This document shows, one piece after another, positions 6,673 through 14,928 of a DNA stretch of 38,547 nucleotides. The stretch is taken from contig JAICXS010000001.1 of assembly GCA_025934615.1 (NCBI GenBank), forward strand, positions 1-38,547, read 5' to 3'. The notes under the pieces are model-generated. The model did not search any database and had not been told where the DNA came from. It saw nothing but the letters and a program-made list of their open reading frames with translations. Within the stretch, counting starts at the first letter, position 1. The number at the start of each line of letters is the position of its first letter. This stretch comes from Nitrospiraceae bacterium. Its GTDB lineage: Bacteria; Nitrospirota; Nitrospiria; Nitrospirales; Nitrospiraceae. Position numbers and translations under genes: made by a program.

Positions 6673-8964
6673 ATGCAGGAAGACGACGGCTCTGAACCAG
6701 CCACCGACAGCGCCAATATCGCCCCTGAGACCCCGGACCATTCCGAGTTAATCGATCTCGCCAAAGAGCGCTTTCAGCTTGCCTACGACGCCCATAAAGA
6801 CGATTTCGAGGCCTGCCAACTCACGCAAGACTTCATTGCGGGTGATCAGTGGCCCGATAAGATCAAGCGTGAACGCGAGAGTTTTGATCGGCCCTGCCTG
6901 ACGCTCGACCATTTGACGCAGTACGTCCGGCACGTGATGAATACGGGCTTACTTCGCTATCGCGATATCCGCGTCATGGCGATGGATGGGCAGGCGAGTG
7001 AAGAAGCCAGTGAAATTATTGCTGGTATTATTCGGCAAATCGGCCAAAGCTCTACAGCTAAAGTGGCCTACGAAACGGCGCTCCGCCATGGCACCTCCGT
7101 CGGATTCGGCTATATCCGCGTCCAGGTCGTGCCGGTTCCTCGCACCAATCTCCAAGAGATTCATATCCTCAAGATCCGCGATCCTCGCATGGTGCTGATT
7201 GATCCGTTTGCCTTGTATCCGGATGGCCGCGACGCGCAATTCTGTTTCGTGCTCACGAAGCTCACCAAGAAAGAATTCGATCGGAAATATCCCGGCAAAG
7301 AAGACGCCATGAGCTGGCACATGATGAACGACAACACCGTGCTGCCCTGGACTGATAAAGAATCCATGGTGCTCGCGGAATATTACTACCAAACTCCGGA
7401 TGGCCTCTTCTTCGCAATCATGACGCCGAATTATGTGCTGGAAGAAGGCAAGCATCACGGCGACGCCATGCCGATCGTGCGCGTCGTCGGCGATGAATAC
7501 GAAGTGCGCGGCAAGGAACGGAAGCGCGGCATGATCAATCCATCCTCGATGGATGCGCAACGCGCCTATAACTACGCCTCGTCTGCCTTTATCGAGAACT
7601 GTGCGCTCGCGCCATTAGCCCCCTGGGTCGCGGCGGAAAAACAAGTCGAAGACCATATGGCTGAATGGAGTCAGGCTCATCGTGTGCCGCGTGCGGTCCT
7701 GCGCTATCGCCCGACGATGGAAGGCGGACAATTGCTGCCGCCTCCGCAACGCGCCGTCCCCGCCGGTATCCCCGAAGGCTGGCAAGGCATGATGGAAAAC
7801 ATGATCAATTCGACGCAAATGATCATGGGGCTCTCACAGCCGAATGTGCTCGGCACCGGCGGCATTCCCGTGCAATCGGGAGCAGGCATTGAAGCGCAGC
7901 AGGAGCCGGGCGATGTCAATACGCTCCATTTCATCGAACATTGGCATGGCGCGATTGAGCAGACGGGACGCGTGATCCTCGCCATGATTCCGTTTGTTTA
8001 TACCCAGCCGCAGATCCTCAAGATTGTCGGGGAAGATGGAGCGCTCGATACCGCCATCATCAATCCGCAGCAACAGCAAGCCGTGATGCAACAGGTGCAA
8101 CGCACGCAGATGGGGATGCAGAAAGTCACCTCCAAATCCTACAACCCGATGCTGGGCCGCTATGATGCCGCAATTTCGACAGGGCCGCCCAGTGCGACGA
8201 AGAAAAGTGCCGCCTCCAAAGGCATGCTCGCCCTCGTGCAAGTTGATCCGACGATCATGCAGAAATGCGGGGATATCGTCATTAAGAATCTCGATATTCC
8301 CGGGGCCGACGCCATCTCCAAACGTTATCGCGACTTCCTGCCGCCGGGCATTGCGGAGGATGATGACGCGCTCATTCGCCAACAGGCGATGCAACTGTCG
8401 CAGCAGAACAAAGAATTGCAATCCCAACTCCAAGAGGCGCAACAAATCATTCTCGGCGAACGCGAAAAGGCGCAGGCTGATATCCAGAAAGAGGTCTTGC
8501 GCCGGCAGACGGAACTCCAAAAGGCCGCACACGATAAGCAGAATGCGCTCCTCGATCAAAGCCTGTCGGATCAGCGCGATATTCAGATTGCCAGTATTAA
8601 GGCCCACGTCGAACTCGAAACGAATCTGCGTGACAACATCATGAAGCTCTTGACGGAACGCATGCGAGCCGAGAACCGGCTTGATGTGGAATCGGTCAAG
8701 ATGATGATGAAGATTGCGCAAATGCACGATCAGGCGGAACGCATGTCCGGCTATGCCGGGGTCCTGGATGGCCTGTCCGAGACGGTTGCTTCCCCGTCAT
8801 CGGCCCCCGTCAAGGCCACTCCGGCTCCTTCTCCTCCGGAGGAGAGTGCGCCCAAGAAGAAAAAACGGCGACGCGTCAGTATTCACCGCTCGGACGGCAG
8901 CCATTCCATTCTTGAACTGCATGATCAGGATGAAGACCCGCTGATGAGTGAGGCGACGGCATGA
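6673..8964 (+). CDS. Portal protein, P22-like, with long C-terminal coiled-coil (barrel-like) extension
   Basis: 763 aa. FIAGDQWPDKIKRERESFDRPCLTLDHLTQYV is the typical portal N-terminal motif. The C-terminal third is Gln/Glu-rich coiled coil, as in P22 gp1. It follows terL. Confidence 0.9.
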   Translation: MQEDDGSEPATDSANIAPETPDHSELIDLAKERFQLAYDAHKDDFEACQLTQDFIAGDQWPDKIKRERESFDRPCLTLDHLTQYVRHVMNTGLLRYRDIRVMAMDGQASEEASEIIAGIIRQIGQSSTAKVAYETALRHGTSVGFGYIRVQVVPVPRTNLQEIHILKIRDPRMVLIDPFALYPDGRDAQFCFVLTKLTKKEFDRKYPGKEDAMSWHMMNDNTVLPWTDKESMVLAEYYYQTPDGLFFAIMTPNYVLEEGKHHGDAMPIVRVVGDEYEVRGKERKRGMINPSSMDAQRAYNYASSAFIENCALAPLAPWVAAEKQVEDHMAEWSQAHRVPRAVLRYRPTMEGGQLLPPPQRAVPAGIPEGWQGMMENMINSTQMIMGLSQPNVLGTGGIPVQSGAGIEAQQEPGDVNTLHFIEHWHGAIEQTGRVILAMIPFVYTQPQILKIVGEDGALDTAIINPQQQQAVMQQVQRTQMGMQKVTSKSYNPMLGRYDAAISTGPPSATKKSAASKGMLALVQVDPTIMQKCGDIVIKNLDIPGADAISKRYRDFLPPGIAEDDDALIRQQAMQLSQQNKELQSQLQEAQQIILGEREKAQADIQKEVLRRQTELQKAAHDKQNALLDQSLSDQRDIQIASIKAHVELETNLRDNIMKLLTERMRAENRLDVESVKMMMKIAQMHDQAERMSGYAGVLDGLSETVASPSSAPVKATPAPSPPEESAPKKKKRRRVSIHRSDGSHSILELHDQDEDPLMSEATA

Positions 8965-9317
8965 TGATGATCAATGGCCATGCCCGTGTCGCGCAGCTGG
9001 TGACGCAACGCGAGCTCGTGCTGAAGCTCTTTGCGAATGATATCGAGCCCACGCCGGGAGATCAGGCCAGCCGCTATCGGGAGCCGAGCAGCTATGCGGC
9101 CAAGACGCTCTCGCCGACCCACTGGCGGCCCACGCCGACGGGACTGAGCTATCCGGAGGTCGTCTTCACCTTCGGCGAATCAATCGGGGATGTGTACGGC
9201 GCAATACTGGTATTGAAGGCAACAGGCGAACTCCTCGGCGTACAACGCTTCGGCGATCGACCTATCACCATTGCCACTCCCTATCACAAGCTTCTGGTCA
9301 CTGTGCATTTACAGTAG
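8961..9317 (+). CDS. Hypothetical protein (118 aa), beta-rich
   Basis: ATGA overlap with the portal stop. No family recognised. Confidence 0.6.
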   Translation: MMMINGHARVAQLVTQRELVLKLFANDIEPTPGDQASRYREPSSYAAKTLSPTHWRPTPTGLSYPEVVFTFGESIGDVYGAILVLKATGELLGVQRFGDRPITIATPYHKLLVTVHLQ

Positions 9318-9326
9318 GAGGAGACT

Positions 9327-9752
9327 ATGGCCGCTGGCAACTGGACCTTTCCGAATTCGGCACGCACGAATCTCTTAAACGGGACCTTTGACATCGATTC
9401 GGGCAGTTATAAATGCGCCCTCTTTCTCTCAACCTCCAACATCGGGGCCGGGAGTACGACGTATGCCGGTGTCACCAATGAGGTCGCCAACGCGAATGGC
9501 TATACGACCGGCGGGATTGCCGTCACCCTGACCCTGTCCGGCACGACGACCGTGACGGTCGATGAATCAGTCGATCCGGTCTGGACGGCCTCCGGCGGCT
9601 CCATTGTCGCGCGGTTTGCGGTCATTTACGAAGTCTCGGGGCAGGTCCTGTGTTATTGCCTCCTCGATAGCACGCCCGCTGATGTGACGACGACGAGCGG
9701 GAATACCTTGACCGTGGCCACGAATGTGTCCGGGGTTTTTACGCTGGCATGA
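9327..9752 (+). CDS. Hypothetical protein (141 aa), Thr/Ser/Gly-rich beta protein
   Basis: SD AGGAGG upstream. Its general pattern resembles the preceding ORF (a ...YGAILV... / ...FAVIYEV... core). Confidence 0.65.
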   Translation: MAAGNWTFPNSARTNLLNGTFDIDSGSYKCALFLSTSNIGAGSTTYAGVTNEVANANGYTTGGIAVTLTLSGTTTVTVDESVDPVWTASGGSIVARFAVIYEVSGQVLCYCLLDSTPADVTTTSGNTLTVATNVSGVFTLA

Positions 9753-9979
9753 GCTGGTGCCCCTGGTGTCAACCCGATGACGGCACCGAGAATCGCCTCT
9801 GTCGCACGTGTCTAATGCATGCATTTCACCAAGGAGAACCACATGATCTCACACCGATCGTTCCGCACCCCGTCGATCCTCCCCTGGTCTGTGAAGCTTG
9901 CGGCCAGTCTGTGCTGCCTCATCGCCCTCGCGGGAAGCGCAAAAGCCGATACGGAACTGAGCTGGGACCGCAGTGCTGA
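9749..9979 (+). CDS. Possible zinc-ribbon ORF (CPWC...CRTC); extent doubtful
   Basis: ATGA overlap with the upstream stop. It overlaps the better-supported FN3 gene by about 137 nt in another frame. Confidence 0.25.
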   Translation: MSWCPWCQPDDGTENRLCRTCLMHAFHQGEPHDLTPIVPHPVDPPLVCEACGQSVLPHRPRGKRKSRYGTELGPQC

Positions 9980-10235
9980 CGCGTCGGTGATCGGCTATCG
10001 CGTCTATCTCTGTCTCACCGCAGGGTGCACCGCGACGAAGACGCAGACGCCCACGGCTTCGGTGAAACAGACGGCCACGGGAGTGTCCCCACGGTGGGGA
10101 CTCTTGGATGGCTATCAAGGGGCCGCCGTCGTCACGGCGATTGATACAAATGGCAACGAATCGGGGAGCAGCAATATGGTGGTCTTTACGACGCTTGCGC
10201 CTGCGGCCCCCACGAATCTCCAGATCAATCCATAG
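9843..10235 (+). CDS. Exported fibronectin type III domain protein (130 aa)
   Basis: SD AAGGAG lies 6 nt before ATG 9843. Signal-like N-terminus ...LAASLCCLIALAGSAKA|DT. The FN3 pattern is LSWDRSADASVIGYRVY...VVTAIDTNGNESGSSN. Confidence 0.7.
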   Translation: MISHRSFRTPSILPWSVKLAASLCCLIALAGSAKADTELSWDRSADASVIGYRVYLCLTAGCTATKTQTPTASVKQTATGVSPRWGLLDGYQGAAVVTAIDTNGNESGSSNMVVFTTLAPAAPTNLQINP

Positions 10236-10244
10236 TCGAGCATT

Positions 10245-10838
10245 ATGGCGGCACGCCTTTATCTGGTCCCCATCCGTGGAACGGGCACCAAAGCGGACCC
10301 CTTCGCCCCGAAGTATTTTACCGATGGGTCCCTGACGAGTGTCACGGCCTGGTCGGGCATGGACTACGGAAGCGAACGATGGATGCTGGTCGTCTCTGAT
10401 CTATCCTCCACCGATGACAGCTTTGTGGTGGCGCAGCCGGATGGATTCGGCCTTCCCACGGACTTGACGCAACCCTTGAACGCCGCGCAGGTCACGGCAG
10501 TGCACGCCAAACTCGAAGCGATCAATCTCCCGGCCCAGTGGCTCACGACCTCCTTGACCTGGCAATCGATGCTGCGCATCGTGCTCGGCATCTTTTCCTT
10601 CATGCAACGTTTCTCGGCATTGAACGGCAATACCAGCTTATTTCCCACGGGCATTTCCCTCAACACGACCATCAATCAGCTCTCCGCCTCGGTCAGGCAG
10701 AATCTCTCTCTCGCGGCGCAGGATCTTGGGCTCTCCACCGCCTCGATCACCGGGACGACGACCCTTCGGGCGGCCCTGAAGGATCTCGGGACGCAGCTGC
10801 AAGATCAGCCCTATCATCTCAATGGGTATAGTATCTAA
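10245..10838 (+). CDS. Hypothetical protein (197 aa)
   Basis: Track ORF with coding-like composition. No motif recognised. Confidence 0.65.
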   Translation: MAARLYLVPIRGTGTKADPFAPKYFTDGSLTSVTAWSGMDYGSERWMLVVSDLSSTDDSFVVAQPDGFGLPTDLTQPLNAAQVTAVHAKLEAINLPAQWLTTSLTWQSMLRIVLGIFSFMQRFSALNGNTSLFPTGISLNTTINQLSASVRQNLSLAAQDLGLSTASITGTTTLRAALKDLGTQLQDQPYHLNGYSI

Positions 10839-12121
10839 TGAGTATTCTGGCCAGTGACAATTTCAACCGAGCCAATGAGACGCCGCTGAGCGGGGGGGGG
10901 AATTGGACGACGCAAACAGGGAGCAATGCGTTTAATCTCTCCAGTAATGTCGCCGTCCCGTCAGTAGTCAATAATGATGATGTCTCTGTCTATACGGCCG
11001 GCACCTGGCCCAATGATCATTACAGTCAAGCGGATCTCACCGTTACCTCCACAGCGGGAGGGGATCAGGGGATTGGTCTGGTGGTGAGAGCCTCTGCGGC
11101 GGCGGTGACGCACTATCGTGCGGTGGCAGATCATGCGGCGTCAGGGAATATCTCGATCGATAAAGCCGTGGCTGGGGTCTATACCACTCTCTCATCGGGC
11201 ACCTCATCCTGGACGAATGGGGCTACCTGGGAACTGGATGTCCAGGGTACGACCCTCACGTTTAAGCGAGCCGGTACGACCATCCTCAGCACGACGAATG
11301 CCTCCATTGCGAGCGGGAAGCCCGGCATTATGTTATCGAGCAATGTCACGTCGGCTTCTGTGGATAATTGGGCAGGGGGGGATTTCTCATCCAGCAATAT
11401 CGTCACCCCCGGCACGGCAGCCCTCTCGCTGACGCCCTTCCCTCCTACCGTCACGGCTACCGCTAATCAAACGGTCACGCCCGGCACGGCTTCGCTGATC
11501 CTGACCCCGCAGACGCCCTCCATCATTGTGGGAGAGATCGTCACGCCCGGCACCGCCAATCTGACCCTCACGCCTCATGCCCCGACCATCACGGCCACGG
11601 CCAATCAGGTCGTCACCCCCGGCACGGCAGCCCTCTCGCTGACGCCCTTCCCTCCGACAGTCTCCGCGTCGAATGATCAGACCGTCACGCCGGGGACGGC
11701 GGCCCTGGTGCTCACCCCATACCCTCCCACGGTGACGGTGAGCGGCAGCCAGGTGGTGACGCCCGGACCCGCCGCGTTGATCTTGACGGCCTATCCTCCT
11801 GACGTGCGGAATACGACGCCGCGTCTGCATGTCACGCCGGGCATCCTGCATCACCCCACGTTCGTGGTGCGCCAGGAGGTGACGTTTCATCTCACGATGA
11901 GGGGCACCATCACGGCCCGGCTCATCGTTGATCGTCCGCCTCCGCCGCCCGTGCGATCCGCGCGTCCCACGGCTCCCGGGCGTGCGCGTCGCTCCACTGA
12001 GAAGACCCTGCAACAGGCGCAACTGGCCGCCGTGCGCGAAGCCGAGCAGGTCGCCAGACGCCAGGCCCTCGAAGAGGAAGAACTATCTTATGCGCTCGCC
12101 TTATTGCTGAGCGACGATTAG
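10838..12121 (+). CDS. LamG/concanavalin-like N-domain protein with about 6.5 tandem 22-25-aa repeats and a Pro-rich/coiled-coil tail
   Basis: The N-terminus SDNFNRANETPLSGGGNWTT...VDNWAGGDF is a pattern common in LamG-like jellyroll domains (from memory). Repeats have the form VTPGTAALSLTPFPPTVTATANQT. A G9 run lies at 10892-10900. Confidence 0.7.
   Translation: MSILASDNFNRANETPLSGGGNWTTQTGSNAFNLSSNVAVPSVVNNDDVSVYTAGTWPNDHYSQADLTVTSTAGGDQGIGLVVRASAAAVTHYRAVADHAASGNISIDKAVAGVYTTLSSGTSSWTNGATWELDVQGTTLTFKRAGTTILSTTNASIASGKPGIMLSSNVTSASVDNWAGGDFSSSNIVTPGTAALSLTPFPPTVTATANQTVTPGTASLILTPQTPSIIVGEIVTPGTANLTLTPHAPTITATANQVVTPGTAALSLTPFPPTVSASNDQTVTPGTAALVLTPYPPTVTVSGSQVVTPGPAALILTAYPPDVRNTTPRLHVTPGILHHPTFVVRQEVTFHLTMRGTITARLIVDRPPPPPVRSARPTAPGRARRSTEKTLQQAQLAAVREAEQVARRQALEEEELSYALALLLSDD
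11402..11830 (+). repeat. In-frame tandem repeat array (units of 66-75 nt, about 6 full copies plus a partial seventh)
   Basis: Units start at 11402, 11474, 11540, 11612, 11684 and 11756, with a partial copy at 11831. Bases 11400-11445 are identical to 11610-11655. Confidence 0.9.
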
Positions 12122-12129
12122 GAGGATCT

Positions 12130-13053
12130 ATGCTAACGGATATGACGACCCCGACCGCGACCGATTCTACAACCGAGACCGAGTCCACGACCGAGACGAC
12201 GAGTGCTCCCCCAAGTCAGACGGCAGAGCAGCGGGAATCCCCGACGGAGACGCCTGCTGCCGAGCAGTCGGACGGCGGCAAGAAACCGCTCAAGGTGCCG
12301 GAGAGCCTCAAGCCGAAGCCGACCGCGGTAGGGAAAGAACCGCCCTGGGTCTCCAGTCGGCTCTCGCATTATGCCGCTGAGCGCAAAGAGCATCTGGCTC
12401 GCATTGCGGAACTGGAAGCCGCCCAGAATAGGCAGCAACCCTCATCGCCCTCACAGGATGCGCCGAAGGAAGAGGACTATGAGAATTACAAGGAGTTTCT
12501 GATTGCGGCAGCGAAATACGACTTGAAGAAAGAGCAGGCCGCGCAACAGAAGGCTGAGCAGGCGAAGCAGTATCAGGCCTATCAAGATGCCAAACGGAGC
12601 GAGTTCGAGACGCATGCCGCTCCCATTCTTGAGCAGGTTCCGGAATTCTGGGAAGCCATTACCGATCCCTCCCTGCCGATCACCGATGTCATGGCCGAGG
12701 CCGTGATGGAGCTTGGCGAGATGGCTCCCTATACGATGCTCTGGCTCGCCTCGCATCGACAAGAGGCGGCGAAGATGTACCGTCTGCCTCCGCGTGCCGC
12801 CACGGTGGCCATTGGCCGATTGGCCTTCCAGCTCGAACAGGAGTTGAAGGCCGAGGGGGGGCAGTCAGATGTCTCGACCCTCCCGTCCACGCCGCAGCCG
12901 AAGCCGGTCCCACAGATCCGAGGAGGCTCGCCCGGCAATATGGATCAGAGTCCGAGCGATAAGGATGATACCCGCACCTGGATGCTCAAGGAGGCGGAAC
13001 GGATGCGGAAGAGAACCGGGAACCCCAATTTACGGGTTTATATGCCCAAATAA
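12130..13053 (+). CDS. Scaffolding protein (by position and composition)
   Basis: 307 aa. SD AGGAGG upstream. Acidic and Thr-rich N-terminus with charged helical segments. Immediately upstream of the coat gene. Confidence 0.6.
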   Translation: MLTDMTTPTATDSTTETESTTETTSAPPSQTAEQRESPTETPAAEQSDGGKKPLKVPESLKPKPTAVGKEPPWVSSRLSHYAAERKEHLARIAELEAAQNRQQPSSPSQDAPKEEDYENYKEFLIAAAKYDLKKEQAAQQKAEQAKQYQAYQDAKRSEFETHAAPILEQVPEFWEAITDPSLPITDVMAEAVMELGEMAPYTMLWLASHRQEAAKMYRLPPRAATVAIGRLAFQLEQELKAEGGQSDVSTLPSTPQPKPVPQIRGGSPGNMDQSPSDKDDTRTWMLKEAERMRKRTGNPNLRVYMPK

Positions 13054-13056
13054 GTC

Positions 13057-13085
13057 TTGACAGATTTACACGTATTTGGTAGAGA
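13057..13085 (+). promoter_or_regulatory. Candidate promoter TTGACA-17 nt-(TGg)TAGAGA ahead of the coat gene leader
   Basis: TTGACA at 13057-13062. Weak -10 at 13080-13085, preceded by an extended -10-like TG. Confidence 0.35.
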
Positions 13086-13282
13086 GCATGCAGCGTGTTC
13101 CTCCGCGTCAAAGAGGAACGGCGTCCCCTTCCGCCTCATCGAATGGTCGTAGGTCCCCGACGGACCGTGAACTCGTCGGCGTGTTCCCCTTCGTCGATAT
13201 CGAATGGCCTTAGGGTAGAGCGGCCTCCCCGTCAAGCTGGCCGAGGATATGAATCCTTTTCTACGTCTCCCTGAGGTCCATC

Positions 13283-14488
13283 ATGGCGAACGCCCTGTTA
13301 ACGCCCACGCAAGTCACGCGCAAATCGCTCCAAATCATTCACCAGAATCTGAATTTCGTCGGCAAGATCAACCGGCAATACGATAGCGCCTATGCGAAAG
13401 ATGGAGCCAAGATCGGCTCCAATCTGACCATCCGCAACCCGAACAAATACCTTTCAGCCGTCGGGGCCACGGTCACCCCGCAGGATACCGTGGAGCAATC
13501 GCAGATTATGACCGTCGCCACCCAGCGCAATGTGCCGATGCAGTTCATCAGTTCTGAGCTGACCCTCAGCATCGATGATTTTTCTGAACGGATCATTGAA
13601 CCCGCCATGAAGGTCCTCGCGGCAGGCGTGGAAAACGATGCCTTCCAAATGTTGCTCGATGTGTACTATCAGGTCGGCACGCCCGGCACCGCGCTCTCTG
13701 CGGCGGCCTCTGCGTTTAACGTGTGTCTGGATGCCAATGCGCGGTTGTTCAATTCATTGGCTCCTGCCAGTCCGCGATGCTTTCACTTTAACCCGCAGGA
13801 TGCGGTCGCCATCGTCAAGGACACGAAGGGGCTGTTCCAAAGCTCGACCGAGATTGCCTCGCAGTACCGAGAGGGCATCATGGGCGTCGCGGCAGGAGGC
13901 GAGTTCTACCAGAACACCATGATGCCGCGTATGACCACGGGCAACACCGTGACCAGCGTCACCGTCTCGGGTGCCGCGCAGACCGGCTCTTCCTTATTGG
14001 TCGGGGGCGTCGCCTCCACCAATACCTGGAAACATGGGCAGGTCTTTACGATTGCGGGCGTGAACGAAGTCCATCCGGAAACCAAAGTGGACACCGGACG
14101 CCTCCAGCAATTCGTGATCACGGCGGATACGACCAGTGCGGGGACGACCGTCACCCTGCCGATTGCACCGGCCATCACCGTCACGGGGGCCTACCAAACG
14201 GTCAGTGCCTCTCCCGCGAATAGTGCGGCCATCACCTTTGCCGGACCGGCCTCAACTAACTTCGGCATGGGCGTCGATTTCTACAAGAATGCCTTCGCCA
14301 TCGCGTTCGCGGATCTCGTGATGCCCAAGGGCGTCGATTTCGCGGCGCGGGAAGAGCAGGACGGGATTTCCCTCAGGGTGGCCCGTCAGTGGCAAGTCAC
14401 CACGGATAATTTCATCACCCGTGCGGACGTGCTCTACGGGTTCAAAACGATCAGGCCGGAATTCGCCTGTCGCATCGCGTCGAACTAA
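13283..14488 (+). CDS. Major capsid protein, P22 coat-like family
   Basis: 401 aa. N-terminus VTRKSLQIIHQNLNFVGKINRQYDSAYAKDGAKIGSNLTIRNP and CFHFNPQDAVAI (compare P22 gp5 YFFNPQDYKK, from memory). Synteny is scaffold-coat-adaptor. Confidence 0.88.
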   Translation: MANALLTPTQVTRKSLQIIHQNLNFVGKINRQYDSAYAKDGAKIGSNLTIRNPNKYLSAVGATVTPQDTVEQSQIMTVATQRNVPMQFISSELTLSIDDFSERIIEPAMKVLAAGVENDAFQMLLDVYYQVGTPGTALSAAASAFNVCLDANARLFNSLAPASPRCFHFNPQDAVAIVKDTKGLFQSSTEIASQYREGIMGVAAGGEFYQNTMMPRMTTGNTVTSVTVSGAAQTGSSLLVGGVASTNTWKHGQVFTIAGVNEVHPETKVDTGRLQQFVITADTTSAGTTVTLPIAPAITVTGAYQTVSASPANSAAITFAGPASTNFGMGVDFYKNAFAIAFADLVMPKGVDFAAREEQDGISLRVARQWQVTTDNFITRADVLYGFKTIRPEFACRIASN

Positions 14489-14500
14489 GCGGGATGAGAT

Positions 14501-14522
14501 CCGGGAGCTCCGAGGCTCCCGG
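14501..14522 (+). terminator. Hairpin after the coat gene (CCGGGAGC-tccgag-GCTCCCGG), possible partial terminator
   Basis: Perfect 8-bp stem 13 nt after the coat stop. The downstream sequence ACTCTTCATTAT is only weakly U-rich. Confidence 0.4.
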
Positions 14523-14546
14523 ACTCTTCATTATCCAGGAGGGGCG

Positions 14547-14735
14547 ATGGACTACACGTATAACTCCTCAAGGCCCTACGCCACCTTGATGCGCGGTCGC
14601 CCAGATGAACCGGACTCGCATCAGCATCTCGCGGTCTATTCCCGCGACGAATTTGTCAAATATCGTCACGCAGGCTGGATCACCTCAAAGGACTTCATGG
14701 CGCGCGTCGATCGCGCCCTTCGAAAGGACCCGTAA
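14547..14735 (+). CDS. Hypothetical protein (62 aa)
   Basis: SD AGGAGG precedes ATG 14547, inside track ORF 14421..14735. Confidence 0.5.
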   Translation: MDYTYNSSRPYATLMRGRPDEPDSHQHLAVYSRDEFVKYRHAGWITSKDFMARVDRALRKDP

Positions 14736-14915
14736 ATGGAGTTCGTCGAATTTCCGAAATGGTTGTATAAGGGAAATCGTCAGAACCCTGAGACGCTCCT
14801 GATCAATGATCAAAAGGCCCAAGACAAATCGGTCAAAAAAGGCTGGAAGACGGCGGATGAGTTCCACGTGGAACTCCCAGTCGAAGGCCGCGTTGAAATA
14901 CCAGTGAACGACTAA
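14736..14915 (+). CDS. Hypothetical protein (59 aa) with EFPKWLY motif
   Basis: Below the track cutoff. The ATG follows the upstream TAA directly. The FPKWLY-type N-terminus recurs in small phage proteins (from memory). Confidence 0.5.
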   Translation: MEFVEFPKWLYKGNRQNPETLLINDQKAQDKSVKKGWKTADEFHVELPVEGRVEIPVND

Positions 14916-14928
14916 GGACTGAGAAGTC

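Noticed and set aside
7834-8727. Long antisense ORFs opposite well-supported genes, for example 7834..8727, 11387..12022, 19634..20284, 22610..23413, 24910..25479, 26721..27341 and 34091..34867 on the - strand.
   Set aside because: They lie fully inside + strand genes with recognisable domains. They have Arg/Gly/Pro-rich low-complexity translations typical of antisense frames in GC-rich DNA, and they lack SD sites.
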